Source: an uncultured Gammaproteobacteria bacterium (GTDB taxonomy: Bacteria > Pseudomonadota > Gammaproteobacteria > UBA9214). From it: a stretch of DNA of 64,000 bases. Positions within the stretch are counted from its first letter, which is position 1; every line of letters starts with the position of its first letter. The stretch spans positions 928,001-992,000 of the forward strand of contig CAVVHS010000006.1 in NCBI GenBank assembly GCA_963748215.1, given 5' to 3'. The notes under the pieces were generated by a model that saw nothing but the letters and a program-made list of their open reading frames with translations, had not been told where the DNA came from and did no database searches. Below, piece after piece: positions 13,719 through 23,683 of this stretch. The position numbers and the translations under genes were made by a program.

Positions 13719-15008
13719 ATGAACGAGCTCACGTTCCTGATCCTGGTGATCGTCATTTCGCTGGAGATCGGTGCCGTCACCGCCTACCTGATGGAGAACC
13801 GCAAGTACGACAAGCTGCGGTACAGGTACGCGCGCCTGATCGAGGCCTACCGCTACGCACGCAAGTCATCCGCACAGCAGACGGCAATGTTCGAGCAGAC
13901 CACTGCCACGCTCAAGGACACCTTCAGCTCGCTGGCCGGCAATGCGCTGAAGAACAACACCACGCAGTTCCTGCAGCTGGCCAACGAGAACATGCAACAG
14001 CACCGCATCCGCGCACGGGATGAACTCGCGCAGCGCGAACAGGCCATAGAAAGCCTGGTCAAGCCGATCCGCGAGGCGCTCGGCAAGACCGAGGCGGAAA
14101 TCCGCCGCATGGAAAACGAGCGCAAGCAGGCACAGGGTTCGTTGACCGCCCATCTCGAGACCATGGCCGAATCCCACCGCCTGCTGCAGAACGAGACCCG
14201 CAACCTGGTGCAGGCACTGCGCCGGCCCGAGGTTCGCGGCCAGTGGGGCGAGCTGACGCTGAAACGGCTGGCCGAGCTGGCCGGCATGGTCGAGCACTGC
14301 GATTTCGTCGAACAGGAAACCCTGCAAAGCGACAAGGGCCCGCAGCGACCGGACATGGTGATCCGCATGCCCGACAAGCGCGAGGTCGTGGTCGATGCCA
14401 AAACACCGCTCGACGCCTACCTGTCCGCCATCGAGACCACCGATGACAGCGAGCGCAAGGCACACCTGACCCGGCATGCCCGTAACGTGCGAGCGCGCAT
14501 CAAGGAGCTGTCGAACAAGGCCTACTGGCAGCAACTGCGCTACAGCCCGGAGTTTGTGGTGCTGTTCATACCCGGCGACCAGTTCCTCAGTGCAGCGCTG
14601 GAAATCGACCGCAGCCTGATCGAGGACGCACTGACCCAGCATGTCATACTCGCCACGCCGACCAGCTTTGTCGCGCTGCTGCGTGCCATCGCCTACGGCT
14701 GGCGCCAGGAGGCACTGGCCGAGAATGCGGACCTCATTCGCGAGGTCGGCCAGGAGATGTTCATGCGCCTGAGCACCTTTGCCGAACACCTGGCAAAACT
14801 CGGGCGCAACCTGGACAGCAGCGTGCACGCCTTCAACAAGGCGGTCGCCTCCTATGACTCGCGGGTCATGCCCGGTGCACGCAAGTTCACCGAGCTCGGC
14901 GTCACGGCCCGGAAGGAACCGCCCCGGGTGGACCAGGTCGAGCGCATGGCACGCAGCGTCGCTTCATGCGAGGAAAACGACCAAGAGGCGAGCCTGGCGG
15001 AAACATGA
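13719..15008 (+). CDS. rmuC: DNA recombination protein RmuC
   Basis: N-terminal TM and coiled coil, RGQWGELTL, RPDMVIRMP, VVDAKTPL, ATPTS. Confidence 0.9.
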   Translation: MNELTFLILVIVISLEIGAVTAYLMENRKYDKLRYRYARLIEAYRYARKSSAQQTAMFEQTTATLKDTFSSLAGNALKNNTTQFLQLANENMQQHRIRARDELAQREQAIESLVKPIREALGKTEAEIRRMENERKQAQGSLTAHLETMAESHRLLQNETRNLVQALRRPEVRGQWGELTLKRLAELAGMVEHCDFVEQETLQSDKGPQRPDMVIRMPDKREVVVDAKTPLDAYLSAIETTDDSERKAHLTRHARNVRARIKELSNKAYWQQLRYSPEFVVLFIPGDQFLSAALEIDRSLIEDALTQHVILATPTSFVALLRAIAYGWRQEALAENADLIREVGQEMFMRLSTFAEHLAKLGRNLDSSVHAFNKAVASYDSRVMPGARKFTELGVTARKEPPRVDQVERMARSVASCEENDQEASLAET

Positions 15009-15781
15009 CCGATACTTCACCCATGCCGGCCGACTGGCAGCCGGCCACCGACCTGCTGCGGGATCGCATCATCCTGCTGACCGGCGCCGCCAACGGCATC
15101 GGCCGCGCGCTGGCGGATGCACTGGCCGCGCACGGTGCCACGCTGGTGCTGCTCGACAAGGACGTCCACGGCCTGGAACTGGCCTATGACGACATCGTGG
15201 CCGCCGGCCACCCGGAACCCGCGCTCTATCCCATGGACCTGGCGGGTGCCGGACCGGACGACTACACCGCGCTGGCGGCAACGCTGCAGCAGGAATTCGG
15301 GCGGCTCGACGGACTCATTCACAACGCCGCCGAACTCGGCGCACTGATCCCGCTCGGCAATTTCGAAACGGAGCTGTGGTTCAGGACGCTGCAAACCGAT
15401 CTCAATGCCCCGTGCCTGCTTACCATGGCCTGCCTGGGCCTGCTGAATGCAAGCACCGACGCCTCGGTGATCTTCACCAGCGACAGTGTCGGCCGGCACG
15501 GCAAGGCCTACTGGGGCGCCTATGGTGTGGCCAAGGCCGGGCTCGAGGGTTTCATGCAGATCCTCGCCGACGAGCTGGAAGCCAACACGCCGGTACGCGC
15601 CAACAGCATCGATCCCGGCCCGGTGCTCACCGGCCTGCGGCGGATCGCCTACCCGGGTGAAAACAGCGCGAACCTGAACAAGCCGGCGGACGTGGTGAAG
15701 CCGTTCCTGTTCCTCGCCAGCACGGCGAGCAAGGGCATCACCGGACAGCAGTTGAGCGTGGCCGCACTCCTGGCCACCTGA
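15005..15781 (+). CDS. yciK: YciK-family short-chain dehydrogenase
   Basis: TGAANGIG, YWGAYGVAK, SIDPGP; synteny after ubiG-gph. Confidence 0.8.
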   Translation: MTDTSPMPADWQPATDLLRDRIILLTGAANGIGRALADALAAHGATLVLLDKDVHGLELAYDDIVAAGHPEPALYPMDLAGAGPDDYTALAATLQQEFGRLDGLIHNAAELGALIPLGNFETELWFRTLQTDLNAPCLLTMACLGLLNASTDASVIFTSDSVGRHGKAYWGAYGVAKAGLEGFMQILADELEANTPVRANSIDPGPVLTGLRRIAYPGENSANLNKPADVVKPFLFLASTASKGITGQQLSVAALLAT

Positions 15782-15789
15782 CACACGCC

Positions 15790-16416
15790 CTACCAGTAGA
15801 CCTGCAGGGTCTCTCCTTCAATCCGGTGTTCGAACTCGGTCAGCGGACGGTTGCCGATGTCGACACACGCCCCCGTGGTAACATCGAAGGCCCAGTGGTG
15901 CTTGGGGCAGGTCAGCCGCGTGCCCTCCAGCGCAAGATGCGGAATGTTGGTGACCTGGTGCGGACAGCGGCTGTCGTAGACACGCAGGGTATCGGCGTCC
16001 CGGTAGACAAACAGGCTGCGCCCGTCGCAGTCCAGGTAGGTCACATCGCCCGACGCCAGCTGGTCGAGTTTCGCGACGTCGTGCCAGCGCGATTCCGCGA
16101 ACAGGTTTTCGGGCCGGAACTCGGGAATATCCATGTCGAGCAGGATGTCGATGGCCCAGACAATCTTGGCCAGGCCCAGCGTAGGAAAGGCCATCAGCAG
16201 CGCGTCCAGCACCTCGTTCGGCGTCGCGCCGTTGCGCAGCGCGCGGGTCAGGTACTGGCGGAAACCGCCCTCGGTCTGGGCATCCACCTTGGTGATCACC
16301 GAAATCAGGTCGCGCGTGCGGACATCGAGATGCTTGCCGGCCTCCTTCAAAAACTTGAAATAGTGCGTAATGGCATCGGGGCGCGCGCCCACCAGATAAT
16401 TCAGTGCGTCACTCAT
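15790..16416 (-). CDS. CMD/AhpD-like domain fused to Rieske [2Fe-2S] ferredoxin
   Basis: N-terminal LDVRTRDLISV..RALRNGATPNEVLDAL (CMD fold); C-terminal CPHQ..LTCPKHHWAFD Rieske ligands. Confidence 0.8.
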   Translation of the reverse strand: MSDALNYLVGARPDAITHYFKFLKEAGKHLDVRTRDLISVITKVDAQTEGGFRQYLTRALRNGATPNEVLDALLMAFPTLGLAKIVWAIDILLDMDIPEFRPENLFAESRWHDVAKLDQLASGDVTYLDCDGRSLFVYRDADTLRVYDSRCPHQVTNIPHLALEGTRLTCPKHHWAFDVTTGACVDIGNRPLTEFEHRIEGETLQVYW

Positions 16417-16648
16417 GGGTAACTCCGTTCAGGGAATCAAGAGGATTCCAATACTAGTGGGTATTGACCCGGTGGCCAATAACCCGGCCCCGCCCTGATT
16501 CGAACAGGCAGGTCCGGGATGCCTTTTTCTGCGCATGGTATAGTCGCGTGGAACTGACGCTGCAGCTGCAGTCAGGGATGAAAACCAGGCAGCCGGGGTG
16601 CCGCGTGAACGGTTCCGGAAAAGGGCTTCAGACCCGCTGCCGAGAGAA

Positions 16649-18211
16649 TCAGGGCAGCATCATGCCGCGGATGGTGAAATAGATGATGGCGGCCAGTACA
16701 CCCGACACGGGCACGGTAATCAGCCAGGCGGCGGCTATCTTCATCAGTGCCGAGCGCTTCACCAGTTCGCTGCGGTAGATTTTCTTCAGCGCCTTGCGCT
16801 CCTTCTTGCTCAATTCGGTGGCGGCCTTGTGCCGCTTGAGCTGTTCCAGCAGGTCACCCTTCTCGGCCAGCGGCGCCGCCTCGAAGCGCGTCATAAAGGC
16901 CTCGACCTCGCCGCGGTCTGCACCCTGGTGGTGGTGTTCGATCTCCACCACCATGCCCGCGTAGGAGGCCTTGATGTACTCGCGCAGGAAACCGACGCCG
17001 AACACGGCGCCCACCGCTATGTGCGTGGAACTCACCGGCAGGCCCAGATGGGTGGCAACGATGACGGTAATGGCGGCACTCAGGGCAATACAGAAGGCAC
17101 GCATCTGGTTCAGTTCGGTAATCTCGCTGCCAACGGTACGGATGAGCTTGGGCCCGTACAGTGCCAGGCCGATGGAAATACCCACGGCGCCGACCATCAT
17201 CACCCACAGGGGAATCGATGCCTTCGTCACGATCAGACCCGAGACAACAGCGTCGTTGATGGCCGCCAGTGGCCCGACGGCGTTGGCCACGTCGTTGGCA
17301 CCATGCGCAAAACTCAGCAGCGCAGCGGCAAAAATCAGCGGCACGATGAACAGCCGGTTGACGCCCTGCTTGGAGTTCTCCAGGCTGACAGCGGCGCGCC
17401 CTACCAGCCACCTGGCGAGCAGAAAGACGGCGGCGGCGACACCGAAACCGATACCCATGGCGGTCGCCATATCCACCTTCCAGATATGCTTCAGGCCCTT
17501 CATCACCAGGTAGGTGCCGAATGCCCAGGCCATGATGGCCACCAGCACGGGCACCATGCGCTTTGCCGCCGTGACCATGTCGGTCTGGTAGGTGATGGTG
17601 CGCTTGATGAGATACAGGAATGCCGCCGCGATGACCCCGCCCAGCACCGGCGAAATCACCCAGCTGGCGGCAATCTGCCCCATCTTCGGCCAGTCCGCGA
17701 TGCCCCAGCCACCGGCCGCGATACCCGCACCCAGCACCCCGCCGACAATGGCATGGGTGGTGGACACCGGCGCGCCGAGCAGCGTCGCGATATTCAGCCA
17801 CAGCGCGCCGGCCAGCAACGCGGCCATCATCAACCAGATGAAGATATCGGCACTGGCGATCAGGTCCGGGGAAATGATGCCACTCTTGATGGTTCCGACC
17901 ACGTCACCGCCGGCGATCAGCGCGCCGGCCGCCTCGAAGATCGCGGCAATCAGGATGGCTCCCGTCAGGGTCAGGGCACGCGACCCGACCGCGGGTCCCA
18001 CGTTGTTGGCGACATCGTTGGCGCCGATGTTCATGGCCATGTAACCGCCGATCATGCCCGCGATCACCAGCATGTAGCTGACCTCGCCGGCACGCGACCC
18101 CACGAACAGCATGATGGCAATGATGAACAGCATCGCCACACCCAGGCGGAAAAATTCTTTACGGCCCACCCAGGTGGCATGTTCAATTTCAGCGAGCTTC
18201 TCGAGTTTCAT
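16649..18211 (-). CDS. pit: PiT-family inorganic phosphate transporter
   Basis: Duplicated GANDVAN motif, PVSTTH and PVSSTH, multiple TM helices. Confidence 0.92.
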   Translation of the reverse strand: MKLEKLAEIEHATWVGRKEFFRLGVAMLFIIAIMLFVGSRAGEVSYMLVIAGMIGGYMAMNIGANDVANNVGPAVGSRALTLTGAILIAAIFEAAGALIAGGDVVGTIKSGIISPDLIASADIFIWLMMAALLAGALWLNIATLLGAPVSTTHAIVGGVLGAGIAAGGWGIADWPKMGQIAASWVISPVLGGVIAAAFLYLIKRTITYQTDMVTAAKRMVPVLVAIMAWAFGTYLVMKGLKHIWKVDMATAMGIGFGVAAAVFLLARWLVGRAAVSLENSKQGVNRLFIVPLIFAAALLSFAHGANDVANAVGPLAAINDAVVSGLIVTKASIPLWVMMVGAVGISIGLALYGPKLIRTVGSEITELNQMRAFCIALSAAITVIVATHLGLPVSSTHIAVGAVFGVGFLREYIKASYAGMVVEIEHHHQGADRGEVEAFMTRFEAAPLAEKGDLLEQLKRHKAATELSKKERKALKKIYRSELVKRSALMKIAAAWLITVPVSGVLAAIIYFTIRGMMLP

Positions 18212-18277
18212 AGCCTGTGCTCCGGTTTATTAAAGAAAAATTCATGGCCTGCCGCGACTGGCCAACCCAACCTTCGA

Positions 18278-18295
18278 TTGTCACAAATCTGTCAT
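18278..18295 (+). promoter_or_regulatory. Putative Pho box (PhoB site) upstream of pit, opposite orientation
   Basis: TTGTCAC-AAAT-CTGTCAT versus consensus CTGTCAT-A(A/T)A(A/T)-CTGTCA(C/T). Confidence 0.6.
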
Positions 18296-18713
18296 CGTTA
18301 CGCTAACTAAATAAACGGCTGCGGCCATCCTGCATCCTTGCAACACCATGACGCGCAGTGACACAAGCGTTGCCACGGACGCTTGCCCGAGATCAGCGCC
18401 TGACGCCCGTGCCGTCAAGCGGCCGCATTCATCGTCAAGCCGTCCGTCAGCCGAGCCATGCGGGCGACTGTGCTCAGGCACGGGCGGGGCCCCTGCCGTC
18501 ATTTGATCGTAGCGTTGGCTGCGACCGGCCGCGCGATTCCGGCGCGTCTGACAACCGTGGAAATCACAGGCCATGGCATCGCGCCACCGACGCCCTTGCG
18601 AGCTTCTACCCGCCCTGCCATGCCTGTCGCCAGCTGATGGCTGCCCCCTGAATTATCCGGACTAATAACATAGTTATTTCTGTTAGTTACATACCATTTC
18701 TAAAGTTGAACTA

Positions 18714-18745
18714 ATCTTGACTAAAATGGTCAGTTTCTATAGATT
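18714..18745 (+). promoter_or_regulatory. Putative sigma70 promoter overlapped by an Rrf2/IscR-like operator
   Basis: TTGACT-17 bp-TAGATT; TGAC-TAAAATG-GTCA dyad over the -35; AT-rich upstream; AGGAGG RBS follows. Confidence 0.5.
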
Positions 18746-18779
18746 AGTAATTAATTGTATACCCATATAGGAGGTTGTT

Positions 18780-19229
18780 ATGTCCAGTTTGATTACCGGC
18801 TTTCCGCTGGATGGCGTAGTGACCGTGAACCGGGTGATTCTGAAGGACGGTTATACGGTCGATGATCTGCAGGAACGGGTCGCGTTGCTGTGCGAGAACG
18901 TGAAGACCTATCACTCCGATACCGGCTTCGTGGGCGGCTTCGTGGCCCTGAACAGCGGTGACGTTTCCAACGAAGGCTCCACCGTCGGCCAGGCCGTGCA
19001 GAGTCCGCTGGCCAGCCGCGAGGCCCTGATCATCACCTTCTGGCGGTCCTTTGCCGACCACGAGCGTTCACATCGCAGCGCGACCTTCCAGCCGCTGTTT
19101 CGCGACGTACTGGAATTGTGTGAAAACGGCAACGAGGAAATCGCCTACGAAATGCTCTGGTCCGGCAAGGCCTACAGCCCGGCACAGGCGAAGGCGGCCC
19201 GCCAGGCCAAGGAAAAATACGCGGCCTGA
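18780..19229 (+). CDS. Conserved hypothetical protein, probable dimeric alpha/beta-barrel (ABM/SOR-like) fold
   Basis: Strong RBS, host-like codon usage, IITFWRSFADHERSH resembles ABM-type W-x-S-x-x-x-H motif. Confidence 0.65.
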   Translation: MSSLITGFPLDGVVTVNRVILKDGYTVDDLQERVALLCENVKTYHSDTGFVGGFVALNSGDVSNEGSTVGQAVQSPLASREALIITFWRSFADHERSHRSATFQPLFRDVLELCENGNEEIAYEMLWSGKAYSPAQAKAARQAKEKYAA

Positions 19230-19474
19230 TACCCCGCGGTTTGTATCCGGCTGCCAGGTTGATGTGCGGCAGCCGGGCGGGACCGGAGGGGAATTGCCGG
19301 ACCACAACCCGGCAGAAACCGTGTGCCGGATCGACACATTGAATATCCTCGCGGGAATTATCGACTGTTTTTGTCAGGAATTCCCGCGGGATCGGGCTTC
19401 CTGACCATCGGGCGGCAGGTCCCGGCGAGCCGCCCTTGCCTGCCTCCAACCGCGCCCGGAGAGGAGATTTCGGC

Positions 19475-19818
19475 ATGCCATAGCAGCGGTTGCAGGTGAA
19501 GGGGGACCCGTCGGTCAGGGCGTTCCTGTTCCAGCAGTCCAGGGTGGAAAGCCTGTTCGACAGCAAGCTGGACCATCTGCAACCGGTGATCGATGCAGAA
19601 GACACCCGCACGATCCTGATGAATTTAGTCGACTGCGCACCACCGACAAAACCATCTACCTGCGCAACGGCACGATCTACCGCATCAATGGCATGATCGG
19701 CATGATCTTCTCCTGCGACGGTGCACATTATATCGACCACTAGACCTTCTTCGAGAAGCTCGAGACGTTCGCAACGACAACGCACAAGGATGCATTGATG
19801 ATCGCTGCGGATATCTAG
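19475..19818 (+). pseudogene. Degraded hypothetical gene (two in-frame TAG stops and a frame change)
   Basis: GAGGAG RBS, ATG CCA TAG then QRLQVKGDPSVRAFLFQQSRVESLFD; second frame TIYLRNGTIYRINGMIGMIFSCDGAHYIDH*TFFEKLETF. Confidence 0.55.
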
Positions 19819-19930
19819 GGAACCCCATATCAATTCACTCATCGTCATCCCGGCGCATGCCGGGATCCAGTGCTTTCAATAGCCGGGATGCCGGCTTGCG
19901 CCGGCATGACGAATGAATCAGCGATTCCCT
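19817..19930. repeat. GTCATCCC-type palindromic REP pair inside degenerate inverted ends
   Basis: cgtcatcccggcgcatgccgggatcca ... ggatgccggcttgcgccggcatgacg (19843-19911), flanked by agggaaccc.. and ..tcagcgattccct. Confidence 0.7.
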
Positions 19931-19988
19931 GGACAACCGCTTGCGGAAGCTGGGGGCCGGTGTTTTCCAGTGCAACACCCGCCCGCCA

Positions 19989-22628
19989 TCAGGCGGAATC
20001 GTCCTGTCCTTCGCGGTAGATCAGGTTGCGGCGTATCAGCAGCTTCTCGATTTCCACCGCGAACAGCACCAGTGAAGACACCGCAAGGCACATAGCAAGC
20101 TCGGACAGCGGCAGGGGCCGGGTATGGAACACGCCATTCAGGGCCGGCACGTAAATCACTGCCAGCTGCAACAGGAGTGTCACCGCAATCGCGCCCAGCA
20201 TGGGCAGGTTGCTGAACAGGCCGATCGTGAACAGCGATTCGGATTCGCTGCGAACCGCGAGTGAATGAAACAGCTGCGAGACGGTGAGCACCGTGAACAC
20301 GATGGTCTGCCAGTATTCAACGCCGCGTGCTATTGCCCAGGCCTGTGAGGCAATCGAGATTCCGCCGACGAACAGACCCATCCAGAGTATATGCTGCCAC
20401 ATACCGTGCGCGAAGATACTTTCCCCCGGCGCTCGCGGCGGCCGCTTCATCACACCCGGTTCAGCGGGCTCGGCGGAGAAGGCCAGTCCCGGCAGACCGT
20501 CGGTCACCAGGTTGATCCACAGAATATGGATGGGCAACAGCGGTATCGGCAGTCCCAGAAACGGGGCGAGAAACAGCGTCCATATCTCGCCCGAGTTGGA
20601 GCTCATGGTGTCCTTGATGAACTTGCGGATGTTGTCGAAGATACGGCGGCCGGTCTGTACGGCGTTGACGATGGTGGCGAAGTTGTCGTCCAGCAGCACC
20701 ATGTCGGCCGCCTCGCGCGCCACGTCAGTGCCTTTCTGCCCCATCGCCACGCCGATACCCGCACGCTTCAGCGCCGGTGCATCGTTGACGCCGTCACCGG
20801 TCATGGCAACGAATTCGCCATGGACCTGCAGGGCTCCGACGATACGCACCTTCTGCTCCGGACTGACGCGGGCGTAGACACGCACCGTTTCCACCACGTC
20901 GGCAAACGCCGTGTCGGACAGTTGCGCCAGCTCGGTTCCGGTCAGCAACCGCGTATCGTCCGTCATGATGCCGAGCCGTTCCGCAATCGCCCGCGCCGTA
21001 CCGGGATGGTCACCGGTAATCATCACCGGTGTGATGCCCGCCGTCAGACAATCCGCCACGGCCTGCGCCGCTTCCGGCCGTGGCGGATCGATCAGCGCGA
21101 CCAGACCGAGCAGGGTCAGTTGCCGCTCGATCGATTCGGGAAGCGGCTGCGGCGGCGCTTCCGTCAGTTCACGCCGCGCCAGCGCCAGCACGCGATAGCC
21201 CTCCGCGGCCAGTTGCGCAGCGATGGCCAGCATCGCGTCCGCGTCCAGGGGCTGCGTTCCGGTTTCCTGCTGCACATCGACACACTGCGCCAGGACGGTC
21301 TCCGGGGCGCCCTTGACGTAGGCCACCATGCCGGCACCGGCGCGGTGCAGGGTCGTCATGAGCTTGCGCTCGCTGTCAAACGCAATGACCGCCAGGCGTG
21401 GCTGCTCCCGCTCGAGCCGTTGTTTGTCATACCCGGCGGCATGCGCCGCCTGGTACAGGGCCAGCTCGGTCGGCTCGCCGGCGGCCCGGCCATCGACCTC
21501 GACAATGTCGTTGTTCAAGGCCAGGGCCCGGCCCAGTTCCGTCCATGGCAGACCGGCCTCAGGCCCGGGCAGGCTGTCGCTGCGCTGCCCCGCCGCCTCG
21601 ATCAGCTCGACCGTCATGCGGTTTTCCGTCAGCGTACCGGTCTTGTCGGAACAGATATAGGTGACCGAACCGAGCGTCTCGACGGCCGGCAGGTTGCGCA
21701 CCAGCGCGTTGTGCCGGATCAGCTTGCGCGCCCCGAGCGCAAGCGAAATCGTCACCACGGCCGGCAACGCCTCCGGGATGGCGGCCACCGCCAGGCTCAC
21801 CGCGGTCAGAAACATCAACAGCAGTGGCTGCTCCTGCAGCAGCCCCGCCACGAACACGACGGCACAGATCGCCAGTACGGCCAGCGCCAGGTGGCGGCCG
21901 AAACGCGACAACCGCCGTTGCAGCGGCGTCAGGACGCCCTTCTCGCCCTGCAGCAGCTGCGCAATACGCCCGATCTCGGTGCGCTGGCCGGTAGCGATGA
22001 CACTGCCCCGCCCCTGCCCGTGCGTGACCAGGCTGCTCCTGTACACCAGGTTGACCCGGTCCCCGAGCGGCAACCCGGCCTCCGGCAGGCGCTGCACCTG
22101 CTTGCCGATTGCGCCCGATTCTCCGGTCAGCGCGGACTCGTCGGCCTGCAGCTCGCCGGCCTCGAGCAGCCGCAGGTCCGCCGGCACCACGTTACCGGCT
22201 TCCAGTAGCACGATATCACCCGGAACGAGTTGCGACGCATCCAGCGTAATGGCCTTGCCATCGCGCAACACCCTGGCCTCCGGCGCCGCCATGGCACGCA
22301 GCGCCGCGACGGCGCGCTCGGCACGGTATTCCTGCACCGTGCCGATGACGGCATTGAGCAGCACAATCACCAGGATGACAATCGAGTCCTGTGGTTCACC
22401 GATGACACCGGCAATCAGCGCGGCAGCCAGCAGCACGAGAATCATGAAATCGGTGAACTGGCCTGCGAACATGGCCGGCAGGGAACGCCGCCGGGCCTCG
22501 GGCAGGGTATTGGGTCCGTGCTCGATCAGACGCTGCTGCGCCTCTGCACCCGTCAGCCCCCCGGCCGTGACCTCGAGGAGCCGCAGTACCTCGTCGTTAT
22601 CGAGCGTGTGCCACACCGGGTCCGGCAC
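19989..22628 (-). CDS. Type IIA cation-translocating P-type ATPase (Ca2+/Mn2+-like)
   Basis: [55 protein letters not shown]. Confidence 0.95.
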   Translation of the reverse strand: MPDPVWHTLDNDEVLRLLEVTAGGLTGAEAQQRLIEHGPNTLPEARRRSLPAMFAGQFTDFMILVLLAAALIAGVIGEPQDSIVILVIVLLNAVIGTVQEYRAERAVAALRAMAAPEARVLRDGKAITLDASQLVPGDIVLLEAGNVVPADLRLLEAGELQADESALTGESGAIGKQVQRLPEAGLPLGDRVNLVYRSSLVTHGQGRGSVIATGQRTEIGRIAQLLQGEKGVLTPLQRRLSRFGRHLALAVLAICAVVFVAGLLQEQPLLLMFLTAVSLAVAAIPEALPAVVTISLALGARKLIRHNALVRNLPAVETLGSVTYICSDKTGTLTENRMTVELIEAAGQRSDSLPGPEAGLPWTELGRALALNNDIVEVDGRAAGEPTELALYQAAHAAGYDKQRLEREQPRLAVIAFDSERKLMTTLHRAGAGMVAYVKGAPETVLAQCVDVQQETGTQPLDADAMLAIAAQLAAEGYRVLALARRELTEAPPQPLPESIERQLTLLGLVALIDPPRPEAAQAVADCLTAGITPVMITGDHPGTARAIAERLGIMTDDTRLLTGTELAQLSDTAFADVVETVRVYARVSPEQKVRIVGALQVHGEFVAMTGDGVNDAPALKRAGIGVAMGQKGTDVAREAADMVLLDDNFATIVNAVQTGRRIFDNIRKFIKDTMSSNSGEIWTLFLAPFLGLPIPLLPIHILWINLVTDGLPGLAFSAEPAEPGVMKRPPRAPGESIFAHGMWQHILWMGLFVGGISIASQAWAIARGVEYWQTIVFTVLTVSQLFHSLAVRSESESLFTIGLFSNLPMLGAIAVTLLLQLAVIYVPALNGVFHTRPLPLSELAMCLAVSSLVLFAVEIEKLLIRRNLIYREGQDDSA

Positions 22629-22629
22629 G

Positions 22630-23214
22630 CTAGCCCCCGGTAACGAGATAGATCAGCGCCGCCGTCAGCAACGCGATGAGCAGCGTCTGCAGGCCGCTGC
22701 GCAACCATGCAACACCCGAAATGCGGCCAAGGAACACGCCCAGCAGGAACACCAGCACCAGGGCAGTCATGACCGCCGCATGCAGGGGATCGACCGGCAG
22801 CGGCAGGCCGGCATGCGCAAGCCACAGCGGCAGGATGATGAGCAGCGACAGGAGCAGCGGCGCCGAGCCGTTGACCAGTGCGATCAGCAACGGCACCACG
22901 CGCGCCGCCTTGCCATGGGCACTATCCAGCAGGTCGGTCGCCATGGCCGCCTCCAGGTCACCGAGCGCCCGCCGTCGCTCTGCGGTTTCGCTCACGTAGG
23001 CACTGCTCATGCCGCTCACGCCCAGCGCGATGGCGGCGCCCAGGCAGGCATTGATGGTTACCGACAGGTCGGCGGGCGCGCCGAACAGGAACCCGGTGAT
23101 GATCCCCAGCATGGTAAGCGCACCGTCGAAGCCATTGACCACGAAATAGCGGCGCACGATTCCGTGCGTGCGGGTAATGCGTAGCAGGTACCTTGCCTTG
23201 CCAAGCAGATTCAC
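22630..23214 (-). CDS. VIT1/CCC1-like membrane protein
   Basis: [17 protein letters not shown] and [12 protein letters not shown] motifs, about 5 TM helices. Confidence 0.7.
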   Translation of the reverse strand: MNLLGKARYLLRITRTHGIVRRYFVVNGFDGALTMLGIITGFLFGAPADLSVTINACLGAAIALGVSGMSSAYVSETAERRRALGDLEAAMATDLLDSAHGKAARVVPLLIALVNGSAPLLLSLLIILPLWLAHAGLPLPVDPLHAAVMTALVLVFLLGVFLGRISGVAWLRSGLQTLLIALLTAALIYLVTGG

Positions 23215-23486
23215 AATACCCGGGAGCTCGCCGCGCTCTGTACCTCGACTTCGTCGATGCTGTGTATCGAACCGCCCATGTCGCTGATGGCAGACTGTAC
23301 GGCCTCAAAATCGATGGCATCCCCCGCCACCACGACCTGCAGGGTTTCGGTATTCTCGTCCACCTCGAGAACCGTCAGGGTTACAAGGTAGTCATTGCCG
23401 ACGGACGCAATGGCGCGGGAAAACTCCAGCGCATTCGGCTGGTGAGGCTTGAGTACATCCAGGATGATACGCTTGACAAACACCAT
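23211..23486 (-). CDS. DUF211-family protein
   Basis: KRIILDVLKPHQP ... GGSIHSIDEV signature; RBS before ATG at 23486. Confidence 0.8.
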   Translation of the reverse strand: MVFVKRIILDVLKPHQPNALEFSRAIASVGNDYLVTLTVLEVDENTETLQVVVAGDAIDFEAVQSAISDMGGSIHSIDEVEVQSAASSRVL

Positions 23487-23683
23487 CGCTTTTTCTCCCG
23501 TAACCGGAAATACCACATGCGGAAATCCCGGCACAGCCTGACACTTCTTCACGGGAAAAGTATATCTGTTTGACCTGCTGTTTGCTGCAGCCCGTGGCAG
23601 GCGCGCCCGCCTTGCCCGGCCATGCCTCCTGCTCCGACATGACGAATCCCTTCAGTTGCTGGCCGACGGGCGCCGGCCCTGAG

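Noticed and set aside
18281-18651. ORFs between pit and the 18780 gene
   Set aside because: No motifs, RBS or convincing codon bias.
19475-19818. Amber read-through (pyrrolysine or recoding) from two in-frame TAGs
   Set aside because: TAG is used as a normal stop by many genes here, no pyl genes are present, and the region also changes frame.
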